64,000 nucleotides of DNA. It comes from the human T2T-CHM13v2.0 reference genome, Homo sapiens. The DNA lies in NCBI RefSeq assembly GCF_009914755.1, contig NC_060933.1. One strand, 5' to 3'. A program made the position numbers and the translations under genes. Position 1 is the stretch's first letter, and each line of letters starts with the position of its first letter. The notes beneath the pieces were generated by a model. The model did not search any database and was not told where the DNA came from. It saw nothing but the letters and a program-made list of their open reading frames with translations. Of the stretch, positions 28,201 to 41,900 are shown one piece after another.

Positions 28201-30060
28201 ATGGAATGGAATGGAATGGAACAACCCGAATGGAATGGAATGTAATGGAGAGTAAGGGAGTTGAATAGAATCAATCCGAATGTAATGGAATGGAATGCAA
28301 CGGAATGGAATGGAATGGAATGGAATGGAATGCAAGGGAATGGAATCAACCCGAGTACAATGGAATGGAATGGAATGGAATGGAATGGAATGGAATGGAA
28401 TGGAATGGAATGATATGGAATAGAATGGAATGGAACGAAATGGAATGGAATGGAATGGAATGGAATGGAATGGAATGGAATGGAATGATATGGAATAGAA
28501 TGGAATGGAACGAAATGGAATGGAATGGAATGGAATGGATTCGTTCCGAGTGGAATAGGAGGGAATGTATTCGAGTGGAATGGAAAGGAATGGAATCAAC
28601 CAGAGTGGAATGAAAGGGAATGGAATGGAATGGAAACTAATAGAATGGAATCAACCCGAGTGGAATGGAATGGAAAGGACTGGAATGGAATGGAATGGAA
28701 TGGAATCAACACGATTGTAATGGAATGGAATGGAATGGAATGGAATTAACCCGAATACAATGGAATGGAATGGAATGGAACGGAATGGAGTGGAATGGAA
28801 TGGAATCAACCCGAGTGAAGGGGAATGGAATGGAATGGAATGCAATGGAATGGAATCATCCGGAATGGAATGGAATGGAATGGAATGAAAAGCAATGGAA
28901 TCAACTCGATTGCAATGGAATGGAATGGAATGGAAAGGAATACATTGGAAACAACCCGAGTGGAATGGAATGGAAAGGACTGGAATGGAGTGGATTGGAA
29001 TAGAATGGAATGGAATGGAATGGAATGGAATGGAATGGAATCAACTTGATTGGAATGGAATGGAATGGAATGGAATGGAATGGAATTAACCCGAATAGAA
29101 AGGAATGGAATGGAATGGAACGGAACGGATTGGAATGGAATGGAATGGAATGGAATGGAATGGAATGGAATGGAATGGAATCAACCCGACTGCAGGGGAA
29201 TGGAATGGAATGGAATGCAATGGAATGGAATGGAACGGAAAGGAATGGAAGGGAATGGAATGGAATGGAATGGAATGGAATCAACGCGAGTGCAGGGGAA
29301 TGGAATGGAATGGAATGGAATGGAATGGAATGGAATCAACGCGAGTGCAGGGGAATGGAATGGAATGGAATGCAATGGAATGGAATCTTCCGGAATGGAA
29401 TTGAATTGAATGGAATGGAATGGAATGGAATGGAATAAACCCGAGTGCAATGGAATGGAGTGGAATGGAATGGAATGGAATGGAATGGAATGGAACAACC
29501 CGAATGGAATGGAATGTAATGGAGACTAAGGGAGTTGAATAGAATCAATCCGAATGTAATGGAATGGAATGGAACGGAAAGGAATTGAATGGAATGGAAT
29601 GGAATGCAATGGAATGGAATCAACCCGAGTGCAATGGAATGGAGAGGAATGGAATGGAATGGAATGGAAACTACCCGAATGGAATGGAATCTAATGGAGT
29701 GTAAGGGAATTGAATAGAATCAATCCGAATGTAATGGAATGGAATGGAACGGAATGGAATGGAATGGAATGCAATGGAATGGAATCAACCCGAGTGCAAT
29801 CGAATGGAATCGAATGGAATGGAATGCAATGGAATGGATTCAACTTGAATGGAATGGAAAGAATGGAATCAACACGAGTGGAAGGGCATGGATTGGAATG
29901 CAATGGAATGGAATCAACCCGAGCACAGGGGAATGGAATGGAATGGAATGCAATGGAATGGAATCATCAGTAATGGAATGGAAAGGAATGGAATGGAATG
30001 GAATGGAATGGAATGGAATGGAATCAACAAGATTGCAATCGAATGGAATGGAATGGAATT
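25261..30060 (+). repeat. ~4.8-kb higher-order repeat, copy 3 (lacks a 433-bp segment at ~26167)
   Basis: Near-identical to copy 2. The offset drops from 5075 to 4642 across 26167. Homology fades after ~30060. Confidence 0.9.
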
Positions 30061-32520
30061 AACCCGAATAGAATGGAATGGAATGGAATGGAACGGAATG
30101 GAATGGAATGGAATGGAATGGAACGGAATGGAATGGAACGGAATGGAACGGAACGGAATGGAATGGAATGGAATGCAATGGAATGGAATGGAATGGAATC
30201 AACGCAAGTGCAGGGGAATGGAATGGAATGGAATGCAATGGAATGGAATCTTCCGGAATAGAATGGAATAGAATGGAATGGAATGAAATGGAATGGATTC
30301 AACTCGATTGCAATGGAATGGAATACAGTGGAATGGAATGGAATGGAATGGAATTAACCCGAATACAATGGAATGGAATGGAATGGAAAGGAATGGAACG
30401 GAATGGAATGGAATGGAATGGAATGGAATGGAATGGTATGGAATGGAATGGAATGGTATGGAATAGAATGGAATGGAACGAATTGTAATGGAACGGAATG
30501 GAATGGAATGGAATGCAATGGAATGGATTTCAACCCGAGTGCAATCGAATGGAATCGAATGAAATGGAATGCAATGGAATGGATTCAACTTGAATGGAAT
30601 GGAAAGAATGGAATCAACACGAGTGGAATGGCATGGATTGGAATGGAATGGAATGGAATCAACCCGAGTACAGGGGAATGGAATGGAATGGAATGCAATG
30701 GAATGGAATCATCCGTAATGGAATGGAAAGGAATGGAATGGAATGGAATGGAATGGAATGGAATGGAATGGAATGGAATCAACTCGATTGCAATCGAATG
30801 GAATGGAATGGAATTAACCCGAATAGAATGGAATGGAATGGAATGGAACGGAACGGAATGGAATGGAATGGAATGGAATGGAATGGAACGGAACGGAATG
30901 GAATGGAATGGAATGGAATGGAATCAACGCGAGTGCAGGGGAATGGAATGGAATGGAATGCAATGGAATGGAATCTTCCGGAATGGAATGGAATGGAATG
31001 GAATGGAATGAAATGCAATGGATTCAACTCGATTGCAATGGAATGTAATAGAATGGAATGGAATGGAATGGAATGGAATTAATCTGAATAGAATGGAATG
31101 GAATGGAATGGAATTGAATGGAACGGAATGGACTGGAATGGAATGGAATGGAATGGTATGGAATGGAATGGAATGGTACGGAATAGAATGGAATGGAAAG
31201 AATTGTAATGGAATGGAATTCAATGGAATGGAATGGAATCAACGCGAGTGCAGGGGAATGTAATGGAAAGGAATGCAATGGAATGGAATCATCCGGAATG
31301 GAATGGAATGGAATGGAATGGAATGGAATGGAATGGAATGGAATCAACCCGAGTGCAATGGAATGGAGTGGAATGGAATGGAATGGAATGGAACAACCCG
31401 AATGGAATGGAATGTAATGGAGAGTAAGGGAGTTGAATAGAATCAATCCGAATGTAATGGAATGGAATGCAACGGAATGGAATGGAATGGAATGCAATGG
31501 AATGGAATCAACCCGAGTACAATGGAATGGAATGGAATGGAATGGAATGGAATGGAATGGAATGGAATGGAATGGAATGGAATGGAATGGAATGCAATGG
31601 AATGGAATCAACCCGAGTGCAATCGAATGGAATCGAATTGAATGGAATGCAACGGAATGGATTCAACTTGAATGGAATGGAAAGAATGGAATCAACACGA
31701 GTGGAATGGCATGGATTGGAATGGAATGGAATGGAATCAACTCGAGTACAGGAGAATGGAATGGAATGGAATGCAATGGAATGGAATCATCAGTAATGGA
31801 ATGGAAAGGAATGGAATGGAATGGAATGGAATGGAATGGAAAGGAATGGAATGGAATGGAATGAACTCGATTGCAATCGAATGGAATGGAATGGAATTAA
31901 CCCGAATAGAATGGAATGGAATGGAATAGAACGGAACGGAACGGAACGGAATGGAATGGAATGGAACGGAACAGAACGGAACGGAATGGAATGGAATGGA
32001 ATGGAATGGAATGGAATGGAATGGAATGGAATCAATGCGCGTGCAGGGGAATGGAATGGAATGGAATGCAATGGAATGGAATCTTCCGGAATGGAATGGA
32101 ATGGAATGGAATGGAATGGAATGGAATGCAATGGATTCAACTTGATTGCAATGGAATGGAATAGAATGGAATGGAATGGAATGGAATGGAATTAACCCTA
32201 ATGGAATGGAATGGAATGGAATGGAACGGAAACGAATGGAATGGAATGGAATGGAATGGAATGGAATGGAATGGTATGGAATGGAATGGAATGGTACGGA
32301 ATAGAATGGAATGGAACGAATTGGAATGGAATGGAATCGAATGGAATGGAATGGAATGGAATCAACGCGAGTGCAGGGGAATGTAATAGAACGGAATGCA
32401 ATGGAATGGAATCATCCGGAATGGAATGGAATGGAATGGAATGGAATGGAATGGAATGGAATGGAATCAACCCGAGTGCAATGGAATGGAGTGGAATGCA
32501 ATGGAATGGAATGGAACAAC

Positions 32521-32620
32521 CCGAATGGAATGGAATGTAATGGAGAGTAAGGGAGTTGAATAGAATCAATCCGAATGGAATGGACTGTAAGTGAGAGTAA
32601 GGGAGTTGAATAGAATCAAT
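32521..32620 (+). repeat. 2 x 50-bp tandem duplication of the GAGAGTAAGGGAGTTGAATAGAATCAAT module
   Basis: Units start with CCGAAT at 32521 and 32571. The second unit carries GGACTGTAAGTGAGAG in place of GGAATGTAATGGAGAG. Confidence 0.85.
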
Positions 32621-35379
32621 CCGAATGTAATGGAATGGATAGGAACGGAATGGAATTGAATGGAATGGAATGGAATGCAATGGAATGGAATCTTCCGGAA
32701 TGGAATGGAATGGAATGGAATGGAATGGAATCAACCCGAGTGCAATGGAAAGGAGTGGAATGGAATGGAATGGAACAACCCGTATGGAATGGAATGTAAT
32801 GGAGAGTAAGGGAGTTGAATAGAATCAATCCGAATGTAAAGGAATGGAATGGAACGGAATGGAATGGAATGGAATGGAATGGAATGCAATGGAATGGAAT
32901 CAACCCGAGTACAATGGAATGGAATGGAATGGAATGGAATGGAATGGAATGGAATGGAATGGAATGAAATGGAATCAATCCGAGTGCAATGGAATAGAGA
33001 GGAATGGAATGGAAAGGAATGGAAACTACCCGAATGGAATGGAATGTAATGGAGTGTAAGGGAATTGAATAGAATCAATCCGAATGGAATGGAATGGAAT
33101 GGAACGGAATGTAATGTAATGTAATGGAATGGAATCAACCCGAGTGCAGGGGAAAGGAATGGAATGGAATGCAATGGAATGGAATGGAATGGAATGGAAT
33201 GGAATCAACTCGATTGCAATCGAATGGAATGGAATGGAATTAACCCGAATAGAATGGAATGGAATGGAATGGAAAGGAACGGAACGGAATGGAATGGAAT
33301 GGAATGGAATGGAATGGAATGGAATGGAACGGAAAGGAATGGAATGGAATGGAATGGAAAGGAATGGAATGTAATGTAATGTAATGTAATGGAATGGAAT
33401 CAACGCGAGTGCAGGGGAATGGAATGGAATCGAATTTAATGGAATGGAATGGAATGGAATCAACCCGAGTGTAGGGGAATGTAATGGAACTGAATGCAAT
33501 GGAATGGAATCATCCGGAATGGAATGGAATGGAATGGAATGGAATGGAATCAACCCAAGTACAGGGGAATGGAATTGAATGCAATGCAATGGAATGGAAT
33601 CATCCGTAATGGAATGGAAATGAATGGAATGGAAAGGAATGGAATGCAATGGAATGGAATGGAATGGAATGCAATGGAATCAACTCGATTGCAATCGAAT
33701 GGAATGGAATGGAATTAACCCGAATAGAATGGAATGGAATGGAATGGAACGGAACGGAATGGAATGGAATGGAATGGAATGGAATGGAATGGAATGGAAC
33801 CGAACGGAACGGAATGGAATGGAATGGAATGGAATCAACGCGAGTGCAGGGGAATGGAATGGAATGGAATGCAATGGAATGGAATCTTCCGGAATGGAAT
33901 GGAATGGAATAGAAAGCAATGGATTCAACTCGATTGCAATGGTATGGAGTAGAATGGAATGGAATGGAATGGAATGGAATGGAATGGAATTAACCCGAAT
34001 AGAATGGAATGGAATGGAACGGAATGGAACGGAACGGAACGGAATGGAATGGAATGGAATGGAATGGAATGGAATCAACGCGAGTGCAGGGGAATGGAAT
34101 GGAATGGAATGCAATGGAATGGAATCTTCCGGAATGGAATGGAATGGAATGGAATGGAATGAAATGCAATGGATTCAACTCGATTGCAATGGAATGGAAT
34201 AGAATGGAATGGAATGGAATGGAATGGAATTAATCTGAATAGAATGGAATGGAATGGAATGGAATGGAATGGAATGGAATGGAACGGAATGGAATGGAAT
34301 GGAATGGAATGGAATGGTATGGAATGGAATGGAATGGTACGGAATAGAATGGAATGGAACGAATTGTAATGGAATGGAATTGAATGGAATGGAATGGAAT
34401 CAACGCGAGTGCAGGGGAATGTAATGGAAAGGAATGCAATGGAATGGAATCATCCGGAATGGAATGGAATGGAATGGAATGGAATGGAATGGAATGGAAT
34501 GGAATGGAATCAACCCGAGTGCAATGGAATGGAGTGGAATGGAATGGAATGGAATGGAACAACCCGAATGGAATGGAATGTAATGGAGAGTAAGGGAGTT
34601 GAATAGAATCAATCCGAATGTAATGGAATGGAATGCAACGGAATGGAATAAAATGGAATGCAATGGAATGGAATCAACCCGAGTACAATGGAATGGAATG
34701 GAATGGAATGGAATGGAATGGAATGGAATGGAATGATACGGAATAGAATGGAATGGAATGGAATGGAATTGTATGGAATGGAATGGAATGGTACGGAATT
34801 GAATGGAATGGAAAGAATTGGAATTGAATGGAATCGAATGGAATGGTATGGAATGGAATGGAATGGGATGGAATCAACCCGAGTGCAGGGGAATGTAATG
34901 GATCGGAATGCAATGGAATGGAATCATCCGGAATTGAATGGAATGGAATGGAATGGAATGGAGTCAACCCCAGTGCAATGGAATGGAGTGGAATGGAATG
35001 GAATGGAATGGAACAACAGGAATGGAATGGAATGTAATGGAGAGTAAGGGAGTTCAATAGAATCTACCCGAAAGTAATGGAATGGAATGGAACGTAATGG
35101 AATGGAATGGAATGCAATGGAATGGAATCAACCCGAGTACAATGGAATAGAATGGAATAGAATGGAATGGAATGGAATGGAATGGAATGGAATGGAATGG
35201 AATCAACCGGAGTGCAATGGAATGGAGAGGAATGGAATGGAATGGAATGGAAACTACCCGAAAGGGATGGAATGTAATGAAGTGTAATGGAATTGAATAG
35301 AATCAATCCGAATGTAATCGAATGGAATGGAAAGGAATGGAATGGAATGGAATGGAATGGAATGGAATGGATTCAACTC

Positions 35380-37360
35380 GATTGCAATGGAATGGAATAG
35401 AATGGAATGGAATGGAATGGAATGGAATGGAATGGAATGGAATTAACCCGAAAAGAATGGAATGGAATGGAATGGAACGGAATGGAACGGAATGGAATGG
35501 AATGGAATGGAATGGAATGGAATGGAATGGAATGGTACGGAATAGAATGGAATGGAACGAAGTGTAATAGAATGGAATTGAATGGAATTGAATGGAATGG
35601 AATGGAATCAACGCGAGTGCAGGGGAATGTAATGGAACGGACTGCAATGGAATGGAATCATCCGGAATGGAATGGAATGGAATGGAATGGAATGGAATCA
35701 ACCCGAGTGCAATGGAATGGAGTGGAATGGAATGGAATGGAATGGAACAACCCAAATGGAATGGAATGTAATGGAGAGTAAGGGAGTTGAATAGAATCAA
35801 TCCGAATGTAATGGAATGGAATGCAACGCAATGGAACGGAATGGAATGGAATGGAATGGAATGGAATGCAATGGAATGGAATCAACCCGAGTACAATGGA
35901 ATGGAATGGAATGGAATGGAATGGAATGGAATGCAACGGAATGGAATGGAATGGAATGGAATGGAATGGAATGGAATGCAAAGGAATGGAATCAACCCGA
36001 GTGGAATGGCATGGAATGGAATGCAATGGAATGGAATGGAATGGAATCAACTCGAGTGGAAAGGAATGGAATGGAATGGAAAGGAATGGAATGAAATCAA
36101 CTCGAGTGGAATGGAATGGAATGGAATAGATTGGAATGGATTGCAACGGAATGAAATGGAATGGAATGGAATGGAATCAATCATTCCGAGTGGAATGTAA
36201 GGGAATGTAATGGAGTGGAAAGAAGGGAATGGAATCAACCCGATTGGAATGCAAGGCAATGGAATGGAATGGAAAGGAATGGAATGGAATCAACTCGATT
36301 GCAATGGAATGGAATGGAATGGAATGGAATGGAATGGAATTAACCGGAATAGAATGGAATGCAATGGAATGGAACGGAATGGAATGGAATGGAAGGTAAT
36401 GGAATCACCACGAGTGCAGGGGAATGGAATGGAATGGAATGCAATGGAATGGAATCATCCGGAATGGAATGGAATGGAATGGAATCAACTCCATTGCAAT
36501 GGAATGGAATGGAATGGAATGGAATAGAATGGAATGGAATTAACCCGAATAGAATGGAATGCAATAGAATGGAATGGAACGGAACCGAATGGAGTGGAAT
36601 GGAATGGAATGGAATCAACCTGAGTGCAGGGGAATGGAATGGAATGGAATGCAATGGAATGGAATTGAATGGAATCAACTCCATTGCAATGGAATGGAAT
36701 GGAATGGAATGGAATAGAATGGAATGGAATTAACCCGAATAGAATGGAATGCAATAGAATGGAATGGAACGGAACCGAATGGAGTGGAATGGAATGGAAT
36801 GGAATCAACCTGAGTGCAGGGGAATGGAATGGAATGGAATGCAATGGAAGGGAATCATCCGGAATGGAATAGAATGGAATGGAATGGAATCAAACCGAGT
36901 GCAATGGAATGGAGTGAAATGGAATGGAATGGAATGGAAACAACCAGAATGGATTGGAATATAATGGAGTGTAAGGGAATTGAATAGAATCAATTTGAAT
37001 GTAATGAAATGGAATCGAACGGAATGGAATGGAATGGAATGGAATCGAATGGAATGGAACGGAATGGAATCAACCCGAGTACAATGGAATGGATTCGAAT
37101 GGAATGGAATGGAGTGGATTGGATTCTACCCGAATGGAATGGAAAGGAATGGAATCAACCCGAGTGGAATGTTATGGAATGGAATGGAATGGAATGGAAT
37201 GGAATGGAATGGTTCGGAATAAAATGGATTGGAACAAAATGGAATGGAATGGAATGGAATGGAATGAAATGGAATGGAATGGAATGGAATGGAATCAAGT
37301 CGATTGCAATGGAATAGAATGGAATGGAATGGAACGGATTGGAATGGAATGGAATGGAAT
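35380..37360 (+). repeat. ~2-kb block duplicated ~2.6-2.8 kb downstream, copy A
   Basis: Markers recur: GAACGAAGTGT 35555->38180, CAATCATTCC 36178->38963, GGATTCTACC 37121->39691, CAAGTCGATT 37296->39846. Confidence 0.85.
36481..36860 (+). repeat. 2 x 190-bp tandem duplication
   Basis: CAACTCCATTGC lies at 36486 and 36676. GGAACCGAAT and CAACCTGAGT are each repeated at +190. Confidence 0.88.
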
Positions 37361-37374
37361 CAACCCGAGTACAG

Positions 37375-37935
37375 GGGAATGGAATGGAATGGAATGCAAT
37401 GGAATGGAATCATCCGTAATGGAATGGAAAGGAATGGAATGGAATGGAATGGAATGGAATGGAATCAACTCGATTGCAATCGAATGGAATGGAATGGAAT
37501 TAACCCGAATAGAATGGAATGGAATGGAATGGAACGGAACGGAATGGAATGGAATGGAATGGAATGGAATGGAACGGAACGGAACGGAATGGATGGAATG
37601 GAATGGAATGGAATGGAATGGAATGGAATGGAATGGAATCAACGCGAGTGCAGGGGAATGGAATGGAATGGAATGCAATGGAATGGAATCATCCGTAATG
37701 GAATGGAAAGGAATGGAATGGAATGGAATGGAATGGAATGGAATCAACTCGATTGCAATCGAATGGAATGGAATGGAATTAACCCGAATAGAATGGAATG
37801 GAATGGAATGGAACGGAACGGAATGGAATGGAATGGAATGGAATGGAATGGAACGGAACGGAACGGAATGGATGGAATGGAATGGAATGGAATGGAATGG
37901 AATCAACGCGAGTGCAGGGGAATGGAATGGAATGG
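37375..37935 (+). repeat. 2 x 279-bp tandem duplication
   Basis: CATCCGTAAT lies at 37411 and 37690. The rare 1-bp-deleted unit GGAT occurs at 37591 and 37870. Confidence 0.85.
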
Positions 37936-38029
37936 AACGCAATGGAATGGAATATTTCGGAATGGAATGGAATGGAATGGAATGGAATGAAATGCAATGG
38001 ATTCAACTCGATTGCAATGGAATGGAATA

Positions 38030-39900
38030 GAATGGAATGGAATGGAATGGAATGGAATGGAATGGCATTAACCCGAATAGAATGGAATGGAATGGAATGG
38101 AACGGAATGGAACGGAATGGAATGGAATGGAATGGAATGGTATGGAATGGAATGGAATGGTACGGAATAGAATGGAATGGAACGAAGTGTAATGGAATGG
38201 AATTGAATGGAATTGAATGGAATGGAATGGAATCAACGCGAGTGCAGGGGAATGTAATGGAACGGACTGCAATGGAATGGAATCATCCGGAATGGAATGG
38301 AATGGAATGGAATGGAATGGAATGGAATCAACCCGAGTGCAATGGAATGGAGTGCAATGGAATGGAATGGAATGGAACAACCCAAATGGAATGGAATGTA
38401 ATGGAGAGTAAGGGAGTTGAATAGAATCAATCCGAATGTAATGGAATGGAATGCAACGGAATGGAACGGAATGGAATGGAATGGAATGGAATGGAATGCA
38501 ATGGAATGGAATCAACCCGAGTACAATGGAATGGAATGGAATGGAATGGAATGGAATGGAATGGAATGGAATGGAATGGAATGCAATGGAATGGAATCTT
38601 CCGGAATGGAATGCAATGGAATGGAATGGAATGCAATGGATTCAACTCGATTGCAATGGAATGGAATCGAATGGAATGGAATGGAATGGAATGGAATGGA
38701 ATGGAATGCAACGGAATGGAATGGAATGGAATGGAATGGAATGGAATGGAATGGAATGGAATGCAAAGGAATGGAATCAACCCGAGTGGAATGGCATGGA
38801 ATGGAATGCAATGGAATGGAATGGAAAGGAATCAACTCGAGTGGAAAGGAATGGAATGGAATGGAAAGGAATGGAATGAAATCAACTCGAGTGGAATGGA
38901 ATGGAATGGAATAGATTGTAATGGATTCCAACGGAATGAAATGGAATGGAATGGAATGGAATCAATCATTCCGAGTGGAATGGAAGGGAATGTAATGGAG
39001 TGGAAAGAAGGGAATGGAATCAACCCGATTGGAATGCAAGGCAATGGAATGGAATGGAAAGGAATGGAATGGAATCAACTCGATTGCAATGGAATGGAAT
39101 GGAATGGAATGGAATGGAATGGAATTAACCGGAATAGAATGGAATGCAATGGAATGGAACGGAATGGAATGGAATGGAAGGTAATGGAATCAACACGAGT
39201 GCAGGGGAATGGAATGGAATGGAATGCAATGGAATGGAATCATCCGGAATGGAATGGAATGTAATGGAATCAACTCCATTGCAATGGAATGGAATGGAAT
39301 GGAATGGAATAGAATGGAATGGAATTAACCCGAATAGAATGGAATGCAATAGAATGGAATGGAACGGAACCGAATGGAGTGGAATGGAATGGAATGGAAT
39401 CAACCTGAGTGCAGGGGAATGGAATGGAATGGAATGCAATGGAATGGAATCATCCGGAATGGAATAGAATGGAATGGAATGGAATCAAACCGAGTGCAAT
39501 GGAATGGAGTGAAATGGAATGGAATGGAATGGAAACAACCAGAATGGATTGGAATATAATGGAGTGTAACGGAATTGAATAGAATCAATCTGAATGTAAT
39601 GAAATGGAATCGAACGGAATGGAATGGAATGGAATGGAATCAACCCGAGTGCAATGGAATGGATTCGAATGGAATGGAATGGAGTGGATTGGATTCTACC
39701 CGAATGGAATGGAAAGGAATGGAATCAACCCGAGTGGAATGTTATGGAATGGAATGGAATGGAATGGAATGGAATGGTTCGGAATAGAATGGATTGGAAC
39801 AAAATGGAATGGAATGGAATGGAATGGAATGGAATGGAATGGAATCAAGTCGATTGCAATGGAATAGAATGGAATGGAATGGAACGGATTGGAATGGAAT
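38030..39900 (+). repeat. ~2-kb block, copy B
   Basis: Same private markers as copy A. It has an extra segment near 38590-38700 and lacks the 190-bp internal duplication. Confidence 0.85.
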
Positions 39901-41559
39901 GGAATGGAATGGAATGGAATGGAATTAAATGAAATGGAATGGAATGGAATCAACCCGAGTGCAGGGGAAAGGAATGGAATGGAATGCAATGGAATGGAAT
40001 GGAATGGAATGGAATGGAATTGAATGGAATCAACCCGAGTGGAATGGCATGGAATGGAATGCAATGGAATGGAATGGAATGGAATCAACTGGAGTGGAAA
40101 GGAATGGAATGGAATGGAAAGGAATGGAATGAAATCAACTCGAGTGGAATGGAATGGAATGGAATGGATTGGAATGGATTGCAATGGAATGAAATGGAAT
40201 GGAATGGAATGGAATCAATCATTCCGAGTGGAATGGAAGGGAATGTAATGGAGTGGAAAGAAGGGAATGGAATCAACCCGAGTGGAATGCAAGGCAATGG
40301 AATGGAATGGAAAGGAATGGAATGTAATCAACTCGATTGCAATGGAATGGAATGGAATGGAATGAAATGGAAAGGAATGCAATGGAATGACATGGAATGG
40401 AATGGAGTGCAATGGAATGGAATCAACCCGAGTGCAATCGAATGGAATCGAATGGAATGGAATGCAATGGAATGGATTCAACTTGAATGGAATGGAAAGA
40501 ATGGAATCAACACGAGTGGAATGGCATGGATTCGAATGGAATGGAATGGAATCAACCCGAGTACAGGGGAATGGTATGGAATGGAATGCAATGGAATGGA
40601 ATCATCCGTAATGGAATGGAAAGGAATGGAATGGAATGGAATGGAATGGAATGGAATGGAATGGAATGGAATGGAATCAACTCGATTGCAATCGAATGGA
40701 ATGGAATGGAATTAACCCGAATAGAATGGAATAGAATGGAATGGAACGGAACGGAACGGAATGGAATGGAATGGAATGGAATGGAATGGAATGGAATGGA
40801 ATGATACGGAATAGAATGGAATGGAACGAAATGGAATGGAATGGAATGGAATGGAATGGAATGGAATGGAATCGATCCGAGTGGAATAGGAGGGAATGTA
40901 TTCGAGTGGAATGGAAAGGAATGGAATGGAATGGAAAGGAATACATTGGAATCAACCCGAGTGGAATGGAATGGAAAGGACTGGAATGGAGTTGAATGGA
41001 ATGGAATGGAATGGAATGGAATCAACTCGACTGGAATGGAATGGAATGGAATGGAATAGAATGGAATTAACCCGAATAGAATGGAATGGAATGGAATGGC
41101 ACGGAATGGAACGGAATGGAATGGAATGGAATGGAATGGAATGGAATGGAATGGAATGGAACGGAAAGGAATGGAATGGAATGGAATGGAACGGAATGGA
41201 ATGGAATGGAATGGAATCAACGCGAGTGCAGGGGAATGGAATGGAATGGAATGCAATGGAATGGATTCAACTAGAATGGAATGGAAAGAATGGAATCAAC
41301 ACGAGTGGAATGGCATGGATTGGAATGGAATGGAATGGAATCAACCCGAGTACAGGGGAATGGAATGGAATGGAATGCAATGGAATGGAATCATCCGTAA
41401 TGGAATGGAAAGGAATGGAATGGAAAGGAATCAACTCGATTGCAATGGAATGGAATGGAATGGAATTAACCCGAATAGAATGGAATGGAATTGAATGGAA
41501 CGGAACGGAATGGAATGGAATGGAATGGAATGGAATGGAATGGAATGGAATGGAATGGA

Positions 41560-41900
41560 ATGGAACGGAACGGAATGGAATGGAATGGAATGGAATCAAC
41601 GCGAGTGCAGGGGAATGGAATGGAATGGAATGCAATGGAATGGAATCTTCCGGAATGGAATGGAATGGAATGGAATGAAAGGCAATGGATTCAACTCGAT
41701 AGCAATGGAATGGAATAGAATGGAACGGAATGGAATGGAATGGAATGGAATGGAATGGAACGGAACGGAATGGAATGGAATGGAATGGAATCAACGCGAG
41801 TGCAGGGGAATGGAATGGAATGGAATGCAATGGAATGGAATCTTCCGGAATGGAATGGAATGGAATGGAATGAAAGGCAATGGATTCAACTCGATTGCAA
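41560..41900 (+). repeat. 195-bp-period tandem duplication
   Basis: CAACGCGAG at 41597/41792, HSE at 41643/41838 and the private GAAAGGCAATGG at 41677/41872. Confidence 0.85.
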
